Shown here: in pieces, positions 9,496 to 20,069 of the stretch
How the letters are laid out: every line of letters starts with the position of its first letter
Numbering within the stretch: the stretch's first letter is position 1
Virus record (IMG/VR): IMGVR_UViG_3300022591_000009
Span: 1 to 59,131 of that record
Reading direction: 5' to 3' (one strand)
DNA: 59,131 nucleotides
From: a virus
Lineage: Duplodnaviria > Caudoviricetes
Notes under the pieces: generated by a model
Database searches by the model: none
The model's input: only the letters and a program-made list of their open reading frames with translations
Told to the model about the DNA's origin: nothing
Position numbers and translations under genes: made by a program

Positions 9496-9640
9496 CGAGT
9501 CGGATTACGAAGCACTGTTAGACCAGTACGAATGGCTAACAAGGGCGTTTGGCGGATGGACACTTAGCGATATACGCGAGATGTCATTCAGAGAACGCAA
9601 GAATTGGATTGAGCGCTCTAATAGATACAGAGGACACTGA
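9485..9640 (+). CDS. Downstream chaperone ORF without a canonical start; probable +1 frameshift extension of 8698..9495
   Basis: Reads FDYNESDYEALLDQYEWLTRAFGGWTLSDIREMSFRERKNWIE..., with a TGATG overlap onto the tape measure start. Confidence 0.7.
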   Translation, partial: FDYNESDYEALLDQYEWLTRAFGGWTLSDIREMSFRERKNWIERSNRYRGH

Positions 9641-11859
9641 TGGCAAAGATGGACAGCTTAGTCGCTAATATGCGACAGTTTAGTGAATACACTAAACAAG
9701 CTGAAGCCGCCATTGCCAAAATGGTCCGTGAAATGGGTGCTGCCTCTGGAGCTGGTGGCTCTGGTGGCGGTAACAACGGCGCAGTTCCTGAAGGTTCCGT
9801 AGCTGCGTCTCCAAGTTTTTCAACGTCATCGGCGGCAGCAACTGTACTTCGAGGTATGGGTGGCGTTGCTATGTCCTTGCCTGCGGTTGCCTCAGCCGCT
9901 CTTGGTAGCCCTGCAGAAATTGCTGCCTACCAGCTTAGTACTTCTCGCGCTGGATTCTTTTCTGGTCAGTCGTATGCAACTACCGCATCTCAACAGATGG
10001 GTATGTCTCAGCTAGGTACCGCAACTAGCAAGACTGACGCTATTGGTGCACAGGCAGCACTTCAAGCTGGTGGCGTATACAACATCGGCCAGGTAGGCGG
10101 CGGCGTTGCCTCGCTTTCTAACTACGCACCTCAACTAGGTTTAACTGGAACAGCTGCTGCCACCGCAACTTTAAACCAAGGCAAGTCTGTCAATATGTTT
10201 AACATGCTAGGTATTAGCGCCCGCGGTGCTAACGGCATGGCTCTTGACCCTAATACTTTGGTCAATGAGTTTGTACAAAAGATTTTTGATGCTACGCCTC
10301 CTTTAAAGAATGGCTCAAGCACAGAAGCGATGGCTTACCTCATGGGCGCATTACAGCCAGGTAACCAGCTTTACATGATGCTTCAGACATACTTCCAAGA
10401 CGATAATATGCGTAACCTCGTCATAACCAAGTTGTTTGCTAAAGCAAAAGGCCTGCCTGCCAACGCAACTAAAGACCAGCTAAGTAAAGCTGGCATAACT
10501 ACAAAGACCACAGGCTTGATGAGCAACTACAACGCAGCTCAGCTTGGTCTGACGCAAGCTACAACAAATGGAATTCTTGGCGGAACAGATACCGCTCTTA
10601 GCCAGCTTACGACAGCAACCAACGATTTTGCTGGAGCAGCTAAGCATCTCAATGGCCTTCTATCTGCTTACGGTTATGGCAGCACCATGCTGGGCGGATT
10701 TAACGGCGCCGTAGCTTTGCTTGCCTCTTCTATTGCTGGAAACATTCTTGGTCCAGTCCTTGCACTTCTTGGTGGAGGTAAGGGAGGCGGTGGCGGGTTA
10801 GTCGGCGGCTTAGGAAAGATGACTGGTATTGCTGGTGGAGTTGGAGCTACTGTCGCAGGAGGCGCCGCGGCATACAGCGCTGGTAAAAATGGTTCAGGAT
10901 TAAGTGTAGGAACCACATTAGCTACAACTCTTAGTGATGCTGTTTCAGGATTTTTAATTGGTGGTCCGTGGGGTGCTTTAGCAGGAGCTGGAGTTGGTCT
11001 GGCTACTTCTGTTGGTGGTTACTACGCTGGCAAATCAATGGCAGGCACAACCTCTGGACAAGCAAGCGGTGGAAACAGCCACGGAACTACTAGCTATGGC
11101 GGAGCTAATCTAATTGCAGGTGGTACGCCAGCTGGAGCTTCTTCTGTTATTAATATCGCTGCGTCTGTAATTGGAACACCGTATGCATGGGGCGGTGGCG
11201 GAGTTAACGGCCCTACTGTTGGCGTAAACCAAGGAGCAGACGTAGTGGGCTTTGACTGCTCATCTTTGGTTCAGTACGTATTTGCTAAACAGGGTATTAA
11301 CCTTCCTCGCACTACCTACGGACAAGTAAAGTGCGGAAAGGCAATCATGCCTCGCAACGCTGCTCCTGGAGACCTACTCTTCTTTGGTAACCCACTAGCC
11401 CCAGACCATGTTGCTATCTATATTGGAAACGGTCGCATTATTCAAGCACCTCACAGCGGAGGACAGGTAGAAATAGCATCTGTAGATTTAGGAAGTGTTG
11501 CAGCTTGTCGTCGAGTTCTTTCTGGAGCAGCGGGAAGCATGGGTCTATCTACACTCTTTAGCTCTTCAACAATGAGCGACCTAGGACTTGGAAACCAAGC
11601 ACTTGGCGGCGGAGGCGTATCAGCTGTTGCTGGTACAGGAGTTGGTTCTGGTGGAGGGGTTCTTACTTCAGTTGGTTCACATGGCCTTACCGCAGCTGCC
11701 TCAGCTACTAATGGCATGGCTACAACCTCTAGCGGTGGAATCACTATCAACGTCACGGTCCCCGCGTCGTCTAGCCCTAACGCAATAGCCCAAACCACAA
11801 AGACTGTAACTGCAGCCGTACAACAAGCTATGACTCAATCGAATGTGAGAACTAACTAA
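9640..11859 (+). CDS. Tape measure protein with NlpC/P60 peptidoglycan endopeptidase domain
   Basis: Ala/Gly-rich; GTPYAWGG, GFDCSSLVQY, PGDLLFF, HVAIYIG. Confidence 0.9.
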   Translation: MAKMDSLVANMRQFSEYTKQAEAAIAKMVREMGAASGAGGSGGGNNGAVPEGSVAASPSFSTSSAAATVLRGMGGVAMSLPAVASAALGSPAEIAAYQLSTSRAGFFSGQSYATTASQQMGMSQLGTATSKTDAIGAQAALQAGGVYNIGQVGGGVASLSNYAPQLGLTGTAAATATLNQGKSVNMFNMLGISARGANGMALDPNTLVNEFVQKIFDATPPLKNGSSTEAMAYLMGALQPGNQLYMMLQTYFQDDNMRNLVITKLFAKAKGLPANATKDQLSKAGITTKTTGLMSNYNAAQLGLTQATTNGILGGTDTALSQLTTATNDFAGAAKHLNGLLSAYGYGSTMLGGFNGAVALLASSIAGNILGPVLALLGGGKGGGGGLVGGLGKMTGIAGGVGATVAGGAAAYSAGKNGSGLSVGTTLATTLSDAVSGFLIGGPWGALAGAGVGLATSVGGYYAGKSMAGTTSGQASGGNSHGTTSYGGANLIAGGTPAGASSVINIAASVIGTPYAWGGGGVNGPTVGVNQGADVVGFDCSSLVQYVFAKQGINLPRTTYGQVKCGKAIMPRNAAPGDLLFFGNPLAPDHVAIYIGNGRIIQAPHSGGQVEIASVDLGSVAACRRVLSGAAGSMGLSTLFSSSTMSDLGLGNQALGGGGVSAVAGTGVGSGGGVLTSVGSHGLTAAASATNGMATTSSGGITINVTVPASSSPNAIAQTTKTVTAAVQQAMTQSNVRTN

Positions 11860-13595
11860 TGGCAGCGATAAACATCAGCTGGACTGATGAAATCAAAAAG
11901 TACTACGCCAGTGGCTTGCATAGCCTTGCTCAAAAAGCAGCTCTCTCTGCGATAGTAAATAAGTACCAAGCTGACCTTGAGAAAGCTAATGAGAACGCCA
12001 TTACCTTAAAAGCTATTACTGAAGGCAATATGTACGTTGATAACACGATTAACGGCCGCACCGTAGCTATTTCTAATACTAGCTATAACGCGGGGGACGG
12101 CGTTGATAGCACCCATATCGTAATTCCTTTTTACGCGTTTGCTCAAAACGCATTGGCATTCCACGGCCATAATGACATCAATAACTGGGTAAATTACGAT
12201 GACCCGTTTGGCTATACCGTGCAGGTAGACGCCATACATCAGTCAGCTGGATATTACGTCAGCTTGTGGTGGGCCGCTACTCGTTTTTACAAAGACTATA
12301 ACTTGGGAATTAACAACGTAGTGATTGCCTACTTTACGGCGTTAGGTAGCAAAGGAATTAATCCAGCTGCATGCCAAACAGCAATTGATAACTACGTAGC
12401 TCAGGGCAAGATAGTAGTTGCTAAGTACAATGACTACCTTAAAAAGTTTCAAGTAGCTGAGGATTACATTGACCCAGTTAAGGGAGCTTTATGGATTAAC
12501 TACACAAACGAGCTTAGCAAGATTTTATTTTCAAAATCGTTACCTAGCTCAACTCTTAATGGAATGATTGGTGGAGCAGCTTCTGGCGGAGGGTCCACTA
12601 CAAAAACTAAACCTGGCCCTAAACCAGTAGCTCCACCAACCCCAGACGTACCAACACCTTCGTATCCACCAACGGCGGAGTTTAACCTTCCCCCACACAA
12701 CGCTAGTCTGCCTGTTCGCCCTCAAAAACTTGCTGGCGCGGCCATGGCTGATTACACCGTAGATGATACAAAGCGTCGTGGACGGTTTTGGTTTTACGCA
12801 GATAGTGGGCAGCAGTTTGCAAAAACGCTTACTGATGCAACAACGGCTAACGGTAAGACACAAGCGGCTAATGGTTCAAACTACGGATTCCAATTCTTGT
12901 GGAACCCTAGCGAGTACACTACTAGCGTAACGGTTAACCCTGACGTTACCCCTAGTTCTGGAATGTATTGGTCTACCGCACTTCCAGTATTTCCTAGTGG
13001 TGAAAACATGTCCGTTTCTATCATTCTGGACCGAGTAAATGACTTTGCTTCATTTGGACCACAGGCTCATTTACTAGGTTCAACTCTTGCTGCTTTAGGC
13101 GGTTCGGCTAACGCCTCTTCAGCGTTAACTAACGCTTTAAGCAATAGCTCTAGCTACTTGTTGTCCTTAGAAGCGGCCTTGACGCAGTTAACTGCACAGC
13201 AAGCTAACGATGCAGTAAACCAAAACTTATACGTAATTCTGGACGACCTACTAGCTAACTACGCAAATGCAGGCAGCAACCCATACGACAAGTTAACTGA
13301 CCTGATGCGTAGAGGAACACTAGCTGACCTTGAGTATCTGTACAAGACTATTAACGGCCCTGACTGGGTGCGCCTTGACCAAAACACCTCTGACATTGGA
13401 TTCTTGGCCATGACTCTTGTTGAGATTGAACTAGGTCCTACACGTTACCTGGGCTATCTCAATAACCTTAACATCACTCACAGCATGTTTACTGAGGAAA
13501 TGATTCCTATTAGAACTCAAGTAGACCTGTCGTTTGTATTGATGGCGTCTGCTGCAGTTGCACAATCTAGCAAAGTACCAGGAGCCACATCGTGA
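11859..13595 (+). CDS. Baseplate/tail-tube initiator protein
   Basis: FQFLWNPSEY and MFTEEMIPIRTQVDLSF motifs; follows the tape measure gene. Confidence 0.6.
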   Translation: MAAINISWTDEIKKYYASGLHSLAQKAALSAIVNKYQADLEKANENAITLKAITEGNMYVDNTINGRTVAISNTSYNAGDGVDSTHIVIPFYAFAQNALAFHGHNDINNWVNYDDPFGYTVQVDAIHQSAGYYVSLWWAATRFYKDYNLGINNVVIAYFTALGSKGINPAACQTAIDNYVAQGKIVVAKYNDYLKKFQVAEDYIDPVKGALWINYTNELSKILFSKSLPSSTLNGMIGGAASGGGSTTKTKPGPKPVAPPTPDVPTPSYPPTAEFNLPPHNASLPVRPQKLAGAAMADYTVDDTKRRGRFWFYADSGQQFAKTLTDATTANGKTQAANGSNYGFQFLWNPSEYTTSVTVNPDVTPSSGMYWSTALPVFPSGENMSVSIILDRVNDFASFGPQAHLLGSTLAALGGSANASSALTNALSNSSSYLLSLEAALTQLTAQQANDAVNQNLYVILDDLLANYANAGSNPYDKLTDLMRRGTLADLEYLYKTINGPDWVRLDQNTSDIGFLAMTLVEIELGPTRYLGYLNNLNITHSMFTEEMIPIRTQVDLSFVLMASAAVAQSSKVPGATS

Positions 13596-13873
13596 TAGAT
13601 TTTAACTCTCGCTACTACTACTCAGATATCGACTACATCCAGCTTGTTGAGAATGGCGACAACAAAGCTATCGTGTTCTATGAGTTTGATGATATTGGAA
13701 CTATTCAGTTTACTTATCATATCTACACCGAGGGCGAGCGCCTTGATGAGATAGCGGCTGCTTACTATCAGCGCCCTGGACTTTGGTGGGTTATTCCTGA
13801 GTACAACCCAGAAATATCGGACTTCTTAAATATTGCCCCTGGAACAAAGCTAAGAATGCCGCTCAATGTATAA
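13592..13873 (+). CDS. LysM-like baseplate protein (tail X/gp53-like)
   Basis: EGERLDEIAAAYY...WWVIPEYNP...PGTKLRMP. Confidence 0.8.
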   Translation: MIDFNSRYYYSDIDYIQLVENGDNKAIVFYEFDDIGTIQFTYHIYTEGERLDEIAAAYYQRPGLWWVIPEYNPEISDFLNIAPGTKLRMPLNV

Positions 13874-15197
13874 TTTTATTGACATCCAGTTTCCTGGGTC
13901 AGGCCTGCCATCAGTCCTGTCCTATAGAACTGTTTTTTACCAGTCTCGCTATCAGCACGAGCAGGTAACTATGTATGTTAAGAACTGGGGCATGGAGTAC
14001 TCTCGCGTACAAAATGGCACGCCAATAAGCGTAACCATGAAGTCGCCAAACGGCTCCCGTGAGTTTCAAGGCTATGTTCACAGCGTTACCCCTGATATGT
14101 CGCCAGGTAAAAACTTCATTCAAATTACTGCCTTGGGAGCATCTTATGTAATGAAGCAGGCTAGCCAAAAGGTTTGGTCGCATGTAACCGCAGACCAAGT
14201 AGTCGCAGAGATTGCAAAGAAGTACGGCTTTGCATACCACGCAATGCCTCACCCACGTGTCTACGAAATTCTTAGCCAGCCAGGGCAGACGGACTGGGCA
14301 TTCCTAGTACGACTTGCTCAACAGAGCGGCTACACTCTAAGAGCTGAAAACACTGCCCTTTACTTTGATGAGATGAGCAACGACTACAAGGCAAACATTG
14401 CTTCAGCCCGATACGCAATTCTTCGAGATGCTAACCATCCTCAAGGCATGAGCATGTTTAAGTTCACGCCTGAAATCACCGAGAACTCTGACCACTCAGG
14501 AGCAATGAAGGCTGCAACGGCTGTTGGTGGAGTTAGCTTGACAGATGGTTCAAGCCTTGTGCAGACAAACCAGAAACGACCAATTCCTAGTCGTTCAGTT
14601 GCTAAATCTGAGATGTTTGACCGATTCAACACCTCTGCAGTTATCTCAAACACAAATGTAGCTACAGCGGAAGCAATCGCAGCTGATGCGAGAGCTATGT
14701 ACCCTTATCGCGGGCACGCCACTTTGCTAGGAGATGCAACCCTTCGACCCGACCTACCAATCTATCTAGATGGTTTAGGCAAGGAATATTCGGGCTACTG
14801 GACAATCTTGGGAACTGAGCACATCTTTGAAGAGCACATGTACACCACAGAGTTGTATGTAGGCACAGATTCACTGGGAGGAACAAATACTGGATTTGCA
14901 GGTACGCCTGTAAAAGCCCCATCCCTGGTGCCCCAGCGAACCATTACTCCTAATGTGGCTCAGACAAATAAAAAGCCTGTATCCAAATTGGTTACCAATA
15001 CCAAGATGGTTAACAACAAGACTTCCTCTTTGGGCTTTGGCAAAACTAACAACCGCCCGCAACCTAAAGTTACGCGTACAGCAGCTTCCTCTTCTCCAAA
15101 GTGGCAAAGCCCAAGCGCAAACCTAAGAGCTGTACCTGCTAAAAACAATCTTTCAGCTGCAGCAGTAGCAAAGTTAAGGGGCGCAGGTGTCCGATAA
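13866..15197 (+). CDS. Baseplate hub protein (P2 gpD/T4 gp27-like)
   Basis: QTDWAFLVRLAQQSGY and GLGKEYSGYWTI motifs. Confidence 0.8.
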   Translation: MYNFIDIQFPGSGLPSVLSYRTVFYQSRYQHEQVTMYVKNWGMEYSRVQNGTPISVTMKSPNGSREFQGYVHSVTPDMSPGKNFIQITALGASYVMKQASQKVWSHVTADQVVAEIAKKYGFAYHAMPHPRVYEILSQPGQTDWAFLVRLAQQSGYTLRAENTALYFDEMSNDYKANIASARYAILRDANHPQGMSMFKFTPEITENSDHSGAMKAATAVGGVSLTDGSSLVQTNQKRPIPSRSVAKSEMFDRFNTSAVISNTNVATAEAIAADARAMYPYRGHATLLGDATLRPDLPIYLDGLGKEYSGYWTILGTEHIFEEHMYTTELYVGTDSLGGTNTGFAGTPVKAPSLVPQRTITPNVAQTNKKPVSKLVTNTKMVNNKTSSLGFGKTNNRPQPKVTRTAASSSPKWQSPSANLRAVPAKNNLSAAAVAKLRGAGVR

Positions 15198-15561
15198 ATA
15201 CTACGGCCTCTACCGAGGCATTTGTAAAAACAATCAAGCTCCTGATGGCAGCAACACTATTCAAGTTTCTATTCCTGCGCTTCTTGGAGACTCAGCAGTT
15301 ACTGACTGGATTCCAGGATGCCTTCCTGTGGTTGTGGACTCAGAGCATGGAACCAACGGCGGCTTGAGCATTACGTCCTCAGGAAGCAGTGCCGCTAATA
15401 CGGGTGCGGGAGGCTCGCCTTCTCACACCCACTCAATGGCACACACGCACACTGTCACATTAACCCCGCATGTAAAAGTGCCAGATATTGACCAAGTCGT
15501 CTGGATTATGTTTGAACAAGGCGACCCTAATTACCCTGTATGGATGGGAGTATACGCATGA
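15187..15561 (+). CDS. Baseplate spike / gpV-like OB-fold protein
   Basis: GLYRG, VWIMFEQGDPNYPVWMG and HTHSMAHTH motifs. Confidence 0.8.
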   Translation: MSDKYYGLYRGICKNNQAPDGSNTIQVSIPALLGDSAVTDWIPGCLPVVVDSEHGTNGGLSITSSGSSAANTGAGGSPSHTHSMAHTHTVTLTPHVKVPDIDQVVWIMFEQGDPNYPVWMGVYA

Positions 15562-15959
15562 GTGAAGCAGCTATCTCTTTGCCGTTTGGCATTGACGGTT
15601 CTGGCGGTATTGGCGCCTCTACCGACGAGAGCAAGATTTGGGAAGACCGAGTTCGCTTGGTTCTTTTGACAAGTGAAGGCGAAAGAGTAATGCGCCCTAC
15701 CTTTGGCACCCAGATTCGTGCGTTGACCTTTGAAAGTAACTACTCAACCACAGCTGCAGCAGAAAAAGTAGTGGCTGGAGCGTTTACTCGTTGGCTACCC
15801 ACTCTTAAGCTGAAGAGCGTCGTTGCACTTCCAGATGACGTTAACGGGGGTCTAATTATCCAAGTTAACTATAATTTACCTAGTGGGACTCCAGGCGTAC
15901 TTACCACGACTACCCAGACCGCGACCTTTAACCGCTACGGCGACGTAGTTACACAATAG
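15558..15959 (+). CDS. Baseplate wedge subunit (gp25/gpW-like)
   Basis: LLTSEGERVMRPTFG. Confidence 0.9.
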   Translation: MSEAAISLPFGIDGSGGIGASTDESKIWEDRVRLVLLTSEGERVMRPTFGTQIRALTFESNYSTTAAAEKVVAGAFTRWLPTLKLKSVVALPDDVNGGLIIQVNYNLPSGTPGVLTTTTQTATFNRYGDVVTQ

Positions 15960-15967
15960 GAGTGTAA

Positions 15968-17449
15968 ATGTCTAACAACTATGTACCACAGGTAGATTAC
16001 ACATCCCGTGACTATTCGGCTATTAGCGCTGACCTAAAGGCGCTTATTCCCAATTACCTACCAGCGTGGACTAACCGCGACCCTTCAGACTTTGGTATCA
16101 CCCTTATTGAGCTCTTTGCATACATGGGCGACATGCTTTCGTACTACATTGACCGCTCAGCTAACGAGGCATTCCTTACCACTGCATCTCAGCGCCAGAG
16201 CGTTTTACAAATCGCTAATCTGCTCAATTACTATCCTAAGAACGTCCGCGCCGCCACTGTAACATTGACCCTAAGCAACAGCGGCTCTTCGGCAGTTGTA
16301 GTTCCTGAGAACACTCAGTTTGCTACCACAACTGTGGTTAACAGCCAAAACGCTCAAATTGTATTTGAGTCGCAAGTAGCTGTAACCGTTCCTGCGGCAT
16401 CGGGCGGAGTTCCTGGAACTGTAACAGTGACATGCCTTGAAGGTTCAAGCGTCACCAACGAGCCAGTTCAAATCTCAGACGGCCTTTCAAATCAAATTTA
16501 TCAGCTTACCCAAAGTCCCGCTATCGACGACTCAATTGCCGTCACAGTCGACGGCACGCCCTATACCCGCGTTGTTAACCTAATTGATGCTGCAGCAAAC
16601 GATGCAGTTTATTCGGGAAGCGTTGATGCAAACGGTAACACATACATCCGTTTTGGCGATGGAATTAGCGGACGCGTTCCACCAGCAAACTCTGAAATTG
16701 TTTTTACCTACCGCGTAGGTAGCGGAGGAGCTGGTAACGTTGCAGCGGGGTCTATTACCAAGATTCTTAATCTTAACGCCTCTGGTATTACAGTTACACA
16801 ACCTTCAGATGCTACTGGTGGTTCAGATGCCGAATCAACAGACTCAATCAAGACAAGCGCAAACGCTAATATTGCAACCCTTAACCGCATTGTGTCTTTA
16901 AAGGATTACATCAATAAGATTCAAGGAGGCGTAACTAACGCCGATAAAGTTAACGCTGTATCCAGTGTCTATACAAGCGTCACTCTTTATGTTGCTCAAA
17001 AAGGTGACCCAGGCGTCGACCCTAATACCGCAGCTTACACTTCAAACTTTGTTGCTCTTCAGCAAAACATCCAAAACTACGTTGTGGACCTAATACCACC
17101 AAATGTTTCTGTAACTGTTCTTCCAGCAACGTATGTACCTTTAGATGTTACGGTGACTATTACAATCCCAGACAAGGTGCGCCAGAGCACGGTAAAGACC
17201 GCGGCCACCTCAGCCATCAACAACCTGCTCACCTTTGATGCGGTTTTGTTTGGCGAAACTGTTAAAGTTGATGATATAAGAAACGCAATATATGGACTAA
17301 ACAGTCAAACGACTCAAGTAACAAACCTCTCTGTAAGCACCTTAGTTCGTCACAACGGCTCTGGCGCTGCGGACGTGGTATGTGCTGCGGGTGAGCTACC
17401 TTCATCGGGAACCATCACGGTTAACATCACGGGCGGAATTACAGGTTAA
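15968..17449 (+). CDS. Baseplate J-like wedge protein
   Basis: DYTSRDY, SDFGITLIELFAY, IRFGDG, GGSDAES. Confidence 0.92.
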   Translation: MSNNYVPQVDYTSRDYSAISADLKALIPNYLPAWTNRDPSDFGITLIELFAYMGDMLSYYIDRSANEAFLTTASQRQSVLQIANLLNYYPKNVRAATVTLTLSNSGSSAVVVPENTQFATTTVVNSQNAQIVFESQVAVTVPAASGGVPGTVTVTCLEGSSVTNEPVQISDGLSNQIYQLTQSPAIDDSIAVTVDGTPYTRVVNLIDAAANDAVYSGSVDANGNTYIRFGDGISGRVPPANSEIVFTYRVGSGGAGNVAAGSITKILNLNASGITVTQPSDATGGSDAESTDSIKTSANANIATLNRIVSLKDYINKIQGGVTNADKVNAVSSVYTSVTLYVAQKGDPGVDPNTAAYTSNFVALQQNIQNYVVDLIPPNVSVTVLPATYVPLDVTVTITIPDKVRQSTVKTAATSAINNLLTFDAVLFGETVKVDDIRNAIYGLNSQTTQVTNLSVSTLVRHNGSGAADVVCAAGELPSSGTITVNITGGITG

Positions 17450-17458
17450 GGATAGGCC

Positions 17459-17812
17459 ATGACAGCATACTACCCAGGGAATATTGCTCCCTTTGACACC
17501 CACCACAACATCACTGAAATTATCGATGCCTCGCATCCTAATAAGATTCAGACTGAAGTCGTGGCTGTTGAGGCAACTCTCGGCGTTAACCCTAACCTTT
17601 CGGGCGCGTTTAACGGAACGTTGCCTAGCTCGTCAAGCACTACTAACCCCAACGTCAGTTCATACATTTATACAACTACGGGAACAACATTTAACACCGT
17701 TGCAGACCGTATTACCAACGTAGAGAACTTGGCTACAGTTGCTGCAGCGGGCGCGGGGGCTAACCTAGCTATTAACAACCAAACGGTTATCAATTTATTC
17801 GGCGGATACTAA
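17459..17812 (+). CDS. Putative tail-fibre-associated structural protein
   Basis: HPNKIQTEVVAVEATLG and TVADRITNVE coiled segment; synteny. Confidence 0.5.
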   Translation: MTAYYPGNIAPFDTHHNITEIIDASHPNKIQTEVVAVEATLGVNPNLSGAFNGTLPSSSSTTNPNVSSYIYTTTGTTFNTVADRITNVENLATVAAAGAGANLAINNQTVINLFGGY

Positions 17813-17822
17813 AGGATACTAA

Positions 17823-20060
17823 GTGGCTACATATGGTGTTGACTATTACGGCAGAGCGTTTTACGGAAACGTAAGCCTTGCCGACTTTGACGCAACCCCA
17901 TTTTCAGCCAGTTCAATCGGCTATGGAAAGATTTTTCTCACATGGGCTACACCTACAGGCGATTGGTCGGGCCTTCGTTTAGTAAGAAACGCTTACGGGT
18001 TTCCTCAAACTGCCGATGATGGTCAGGTATTGGTTGATGGTCTTTATGGCGTAACAGCCAACAGTTTTTACGACCCATCGCCTTATGGATTTGATGGAAT
18101 GCTTCCTCAGGGCCAGTACTTTTATTATTCTATTTTTGTTAAACAAACCAACGTAGGAGTATGGGTTAGAGCTGGAAACGCTGCGGGCCTATCAGTAAAA
18201 GACTACGGAACTAGCAGCATGATGTACGGCTATCTGCCAGCTATTTACAAAATGCCTTCGCTGAACTCAGCTGTTGATAATGCCGAAAACTCACAGCTTA
18301 GAGCTTTTATTTCTATCTTTGGTTTTTATTACGACCTGTTCCGCACTGAAACTTCTAGCATCACTTCTCGCTACAATATTCAAAACGTAGCGGGTAACTT
18401 GATTCCAGCGCTCATGCAACAGTTTGGCTTAGAGTTTGAGCCAGAGCTTGGCATCAAGCGTGGACGCGCTCTTCTCTCTAACATAATTCACATCAATCAG
18501 TCCAAGGGCAGCCGCACAGGCATTGTGGACTACATCAAGGCCTTTACAGGTAACTCAGCCACGGTTGCCACTGGCAAAAACTTGATGCTAGATATTAATG
18601 ATTCATCATTTGAACAAAGCATCGGCGGATGGACTGCCACCAATGCTACGTTAGCCCAGCATGTCCCAGCGACTATCACAACATGGTCAGTCAGAGGAAC
18701 CACACTTACTGTAATCGTAAATAGTGCTTCATACCTTTCAGTAGGCAACTCCGTACTTATCTACGGCGGCACTGCCATTGACGGCGCTTACACAATTGCT
18801 ACTTTAAGTGGTACAACCATTACTGCCACTATTGGCAGCGGCTTTGATGGATTGACGGGTACTGGTGGGCGCATATCTCGACACGCCCCTTACTACGAGG
18901 CTTCAAATCCATACGGCGTAGCTAACGCTCGAAACGCTACATTGAAGGTAACCCCAACATCTACAACTGCGATTGTGGCTAGCTGCGTACCCTCTTCTTC
19001 AAGCCCCATCCTTCATGGAATTCCAGTAACTGCAGGGTTCTCCTACACCTTGAGCTTGCGCGTATGGTCTGAGACGAATACCCGCACTGTTCAAGCCCAG
19101 ATTTCTTGGTATGACCGCACAGGCACAATCATCGGCAGCCCGTCTACTTCATCTGGTACCACATCCAGCCTTACAGGGTGGACCTTGGTGTCAAAAAGTG
19201 ACAACGCACCAGCGGGAGCCGTCTACGCTGTGCCACAATTTAAGATTGCCTCGCCGACTACCTCAGAGGCCCACTACTTTGACGCCGTACAGTTTGAGGC
19301 AGGCTCTTCTGCAACCTACTTCCAAGAGTCACGTCAGTTACAGGTTGTTGTTGCGGCTGACCGTGTTAACGAACTTATTAACCCTAACTTCGAAGCCTCT
19401 ACAGCTGCGCCTTGGACAGTCACAGGCGCTACCTTAAACGTACAGGTAGACGAGTTCACGCCAAGCCCTTCTTCTAACGTCCCTGTTAGTAGCGGCGCGG
19501 GAGAAATGTACGCAACTGGTACAACGGCAGCTACCTTAACTTCAGCGACGACAACTGCTGACTACATGCCAATTCTTGCTGGAGACTCTTATACATTTAG
19601 TGGATACGTAAAAGTATCTGCTGACGGCAGTCCAACAGTTCTTGAGCAGTACACAGTGCAAATTGATTGGTACGACAATACCAACACTCTTATCAACAGC
19701 TCCTACAGCGGTTACTTTTCTGCTCCACTAGACCAATACGCTCGCTTCTCATTAACCGCAGCTTCACCAACCAGCGCTGCTACTGCAGTGGTCAAGCTCG
19801 TATGGCCAGCACCAACAGCTTCAGGAATAGGTCTGTTGATTGACTCTTTCATGTTTGAGCGTGCACCTTTTGCCGCAGACTACTTTGATGGAAACAATGG
19901 TTACGCCGATTTGGGCGACGTAGTGTGGGAGGGTACGGCTAATGGAAGCCGTAGCCACTATTACCGCAACCGCAACGCAACGGAAACCCGTTTGATTGCA
20001 ACACTCCCTAACTATCTGACGCTGGGAACAAATTTTGCCATTTACTACGCTCAGCCGTAG
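17823..20060 (+). CDS. Baseplate/tail protein (P2 gpI-like domain plus carbohydrate-binding-like beta-sandwich domains)
   Basis: YLPAIY...KGSRTGI tail-I-like segment; two galactose-binding-like repeats (DSSFEQ..W / NPNFEA..W). Confidence 0.7.
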   Translation: MATYGVDYYGRAFYGNVSLADFDATPFSASSIGYGKIFLTWATPTGDWSGLRLVRNAYGFPQTADDGQVLVDGLYGVTANSFYDPSPYGFDGMLPQGQYFYYSIFVKQTNVGVWVRAGNAAGLSVKDYGTSSMMYGYLPAIYKMPSLNSAVDNAENSQLRAFISIFGFYYDLFRTETSSITSRYNIQNVAGNLIPALMQQFGLEFEPELGIKRGRALLSNIIHINQSKGSRTGIVDYIKAFTGNSATVATGKNLMLDINDSSFEQSIGGWTATNATLAQHVPATITTWSVRGTTLTVIVNSASYLSVGNSVLIYGGTAIDGAYTIATLSGTTITATIGSGFDGLTGTGGRISRHAPYYEASNPYGVANARNATLKVTPTSTTAIVASCVPSSSSPILHGIPVTAGFSYTLSLRVWSETNTRTVQAQISWYDRTGTIIGSPSTSSGTTSSLTGWTLVSKSDNAPAGAVYAVPQFKIASPTTSEAHYFDAVQFEAGSSATYFQESRQLQVVVAADRVNELINPNFEASTAAPWTVTGATLNVQVDEFTPSPSSNVPVSSGAGEMYATGTTAATLTSATTTADYMPILAGDSYTFSGYVKVSADGSPTVLEQYTVQIDWYDNTNTLINSSYSGYFSAPLDQYARFSLTAASPTSAATAVVKLVWPAPTASGIGLLIDSFMFERAPFAADYFDGNNGYADLGDVVWEGTANGSRSHYYRNRNATETRLIATLPNYLTLGTNFAIYYAQP

Positions 20061-20069
20061 TATTGCCTT

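Noticed and set aside
17823-20060. Diversity-generating retroelement or invertible tail-fibre cassette
   Set aside because: No reverse transcriptase, invertase or TR/VR repeat pair was seen in the window.
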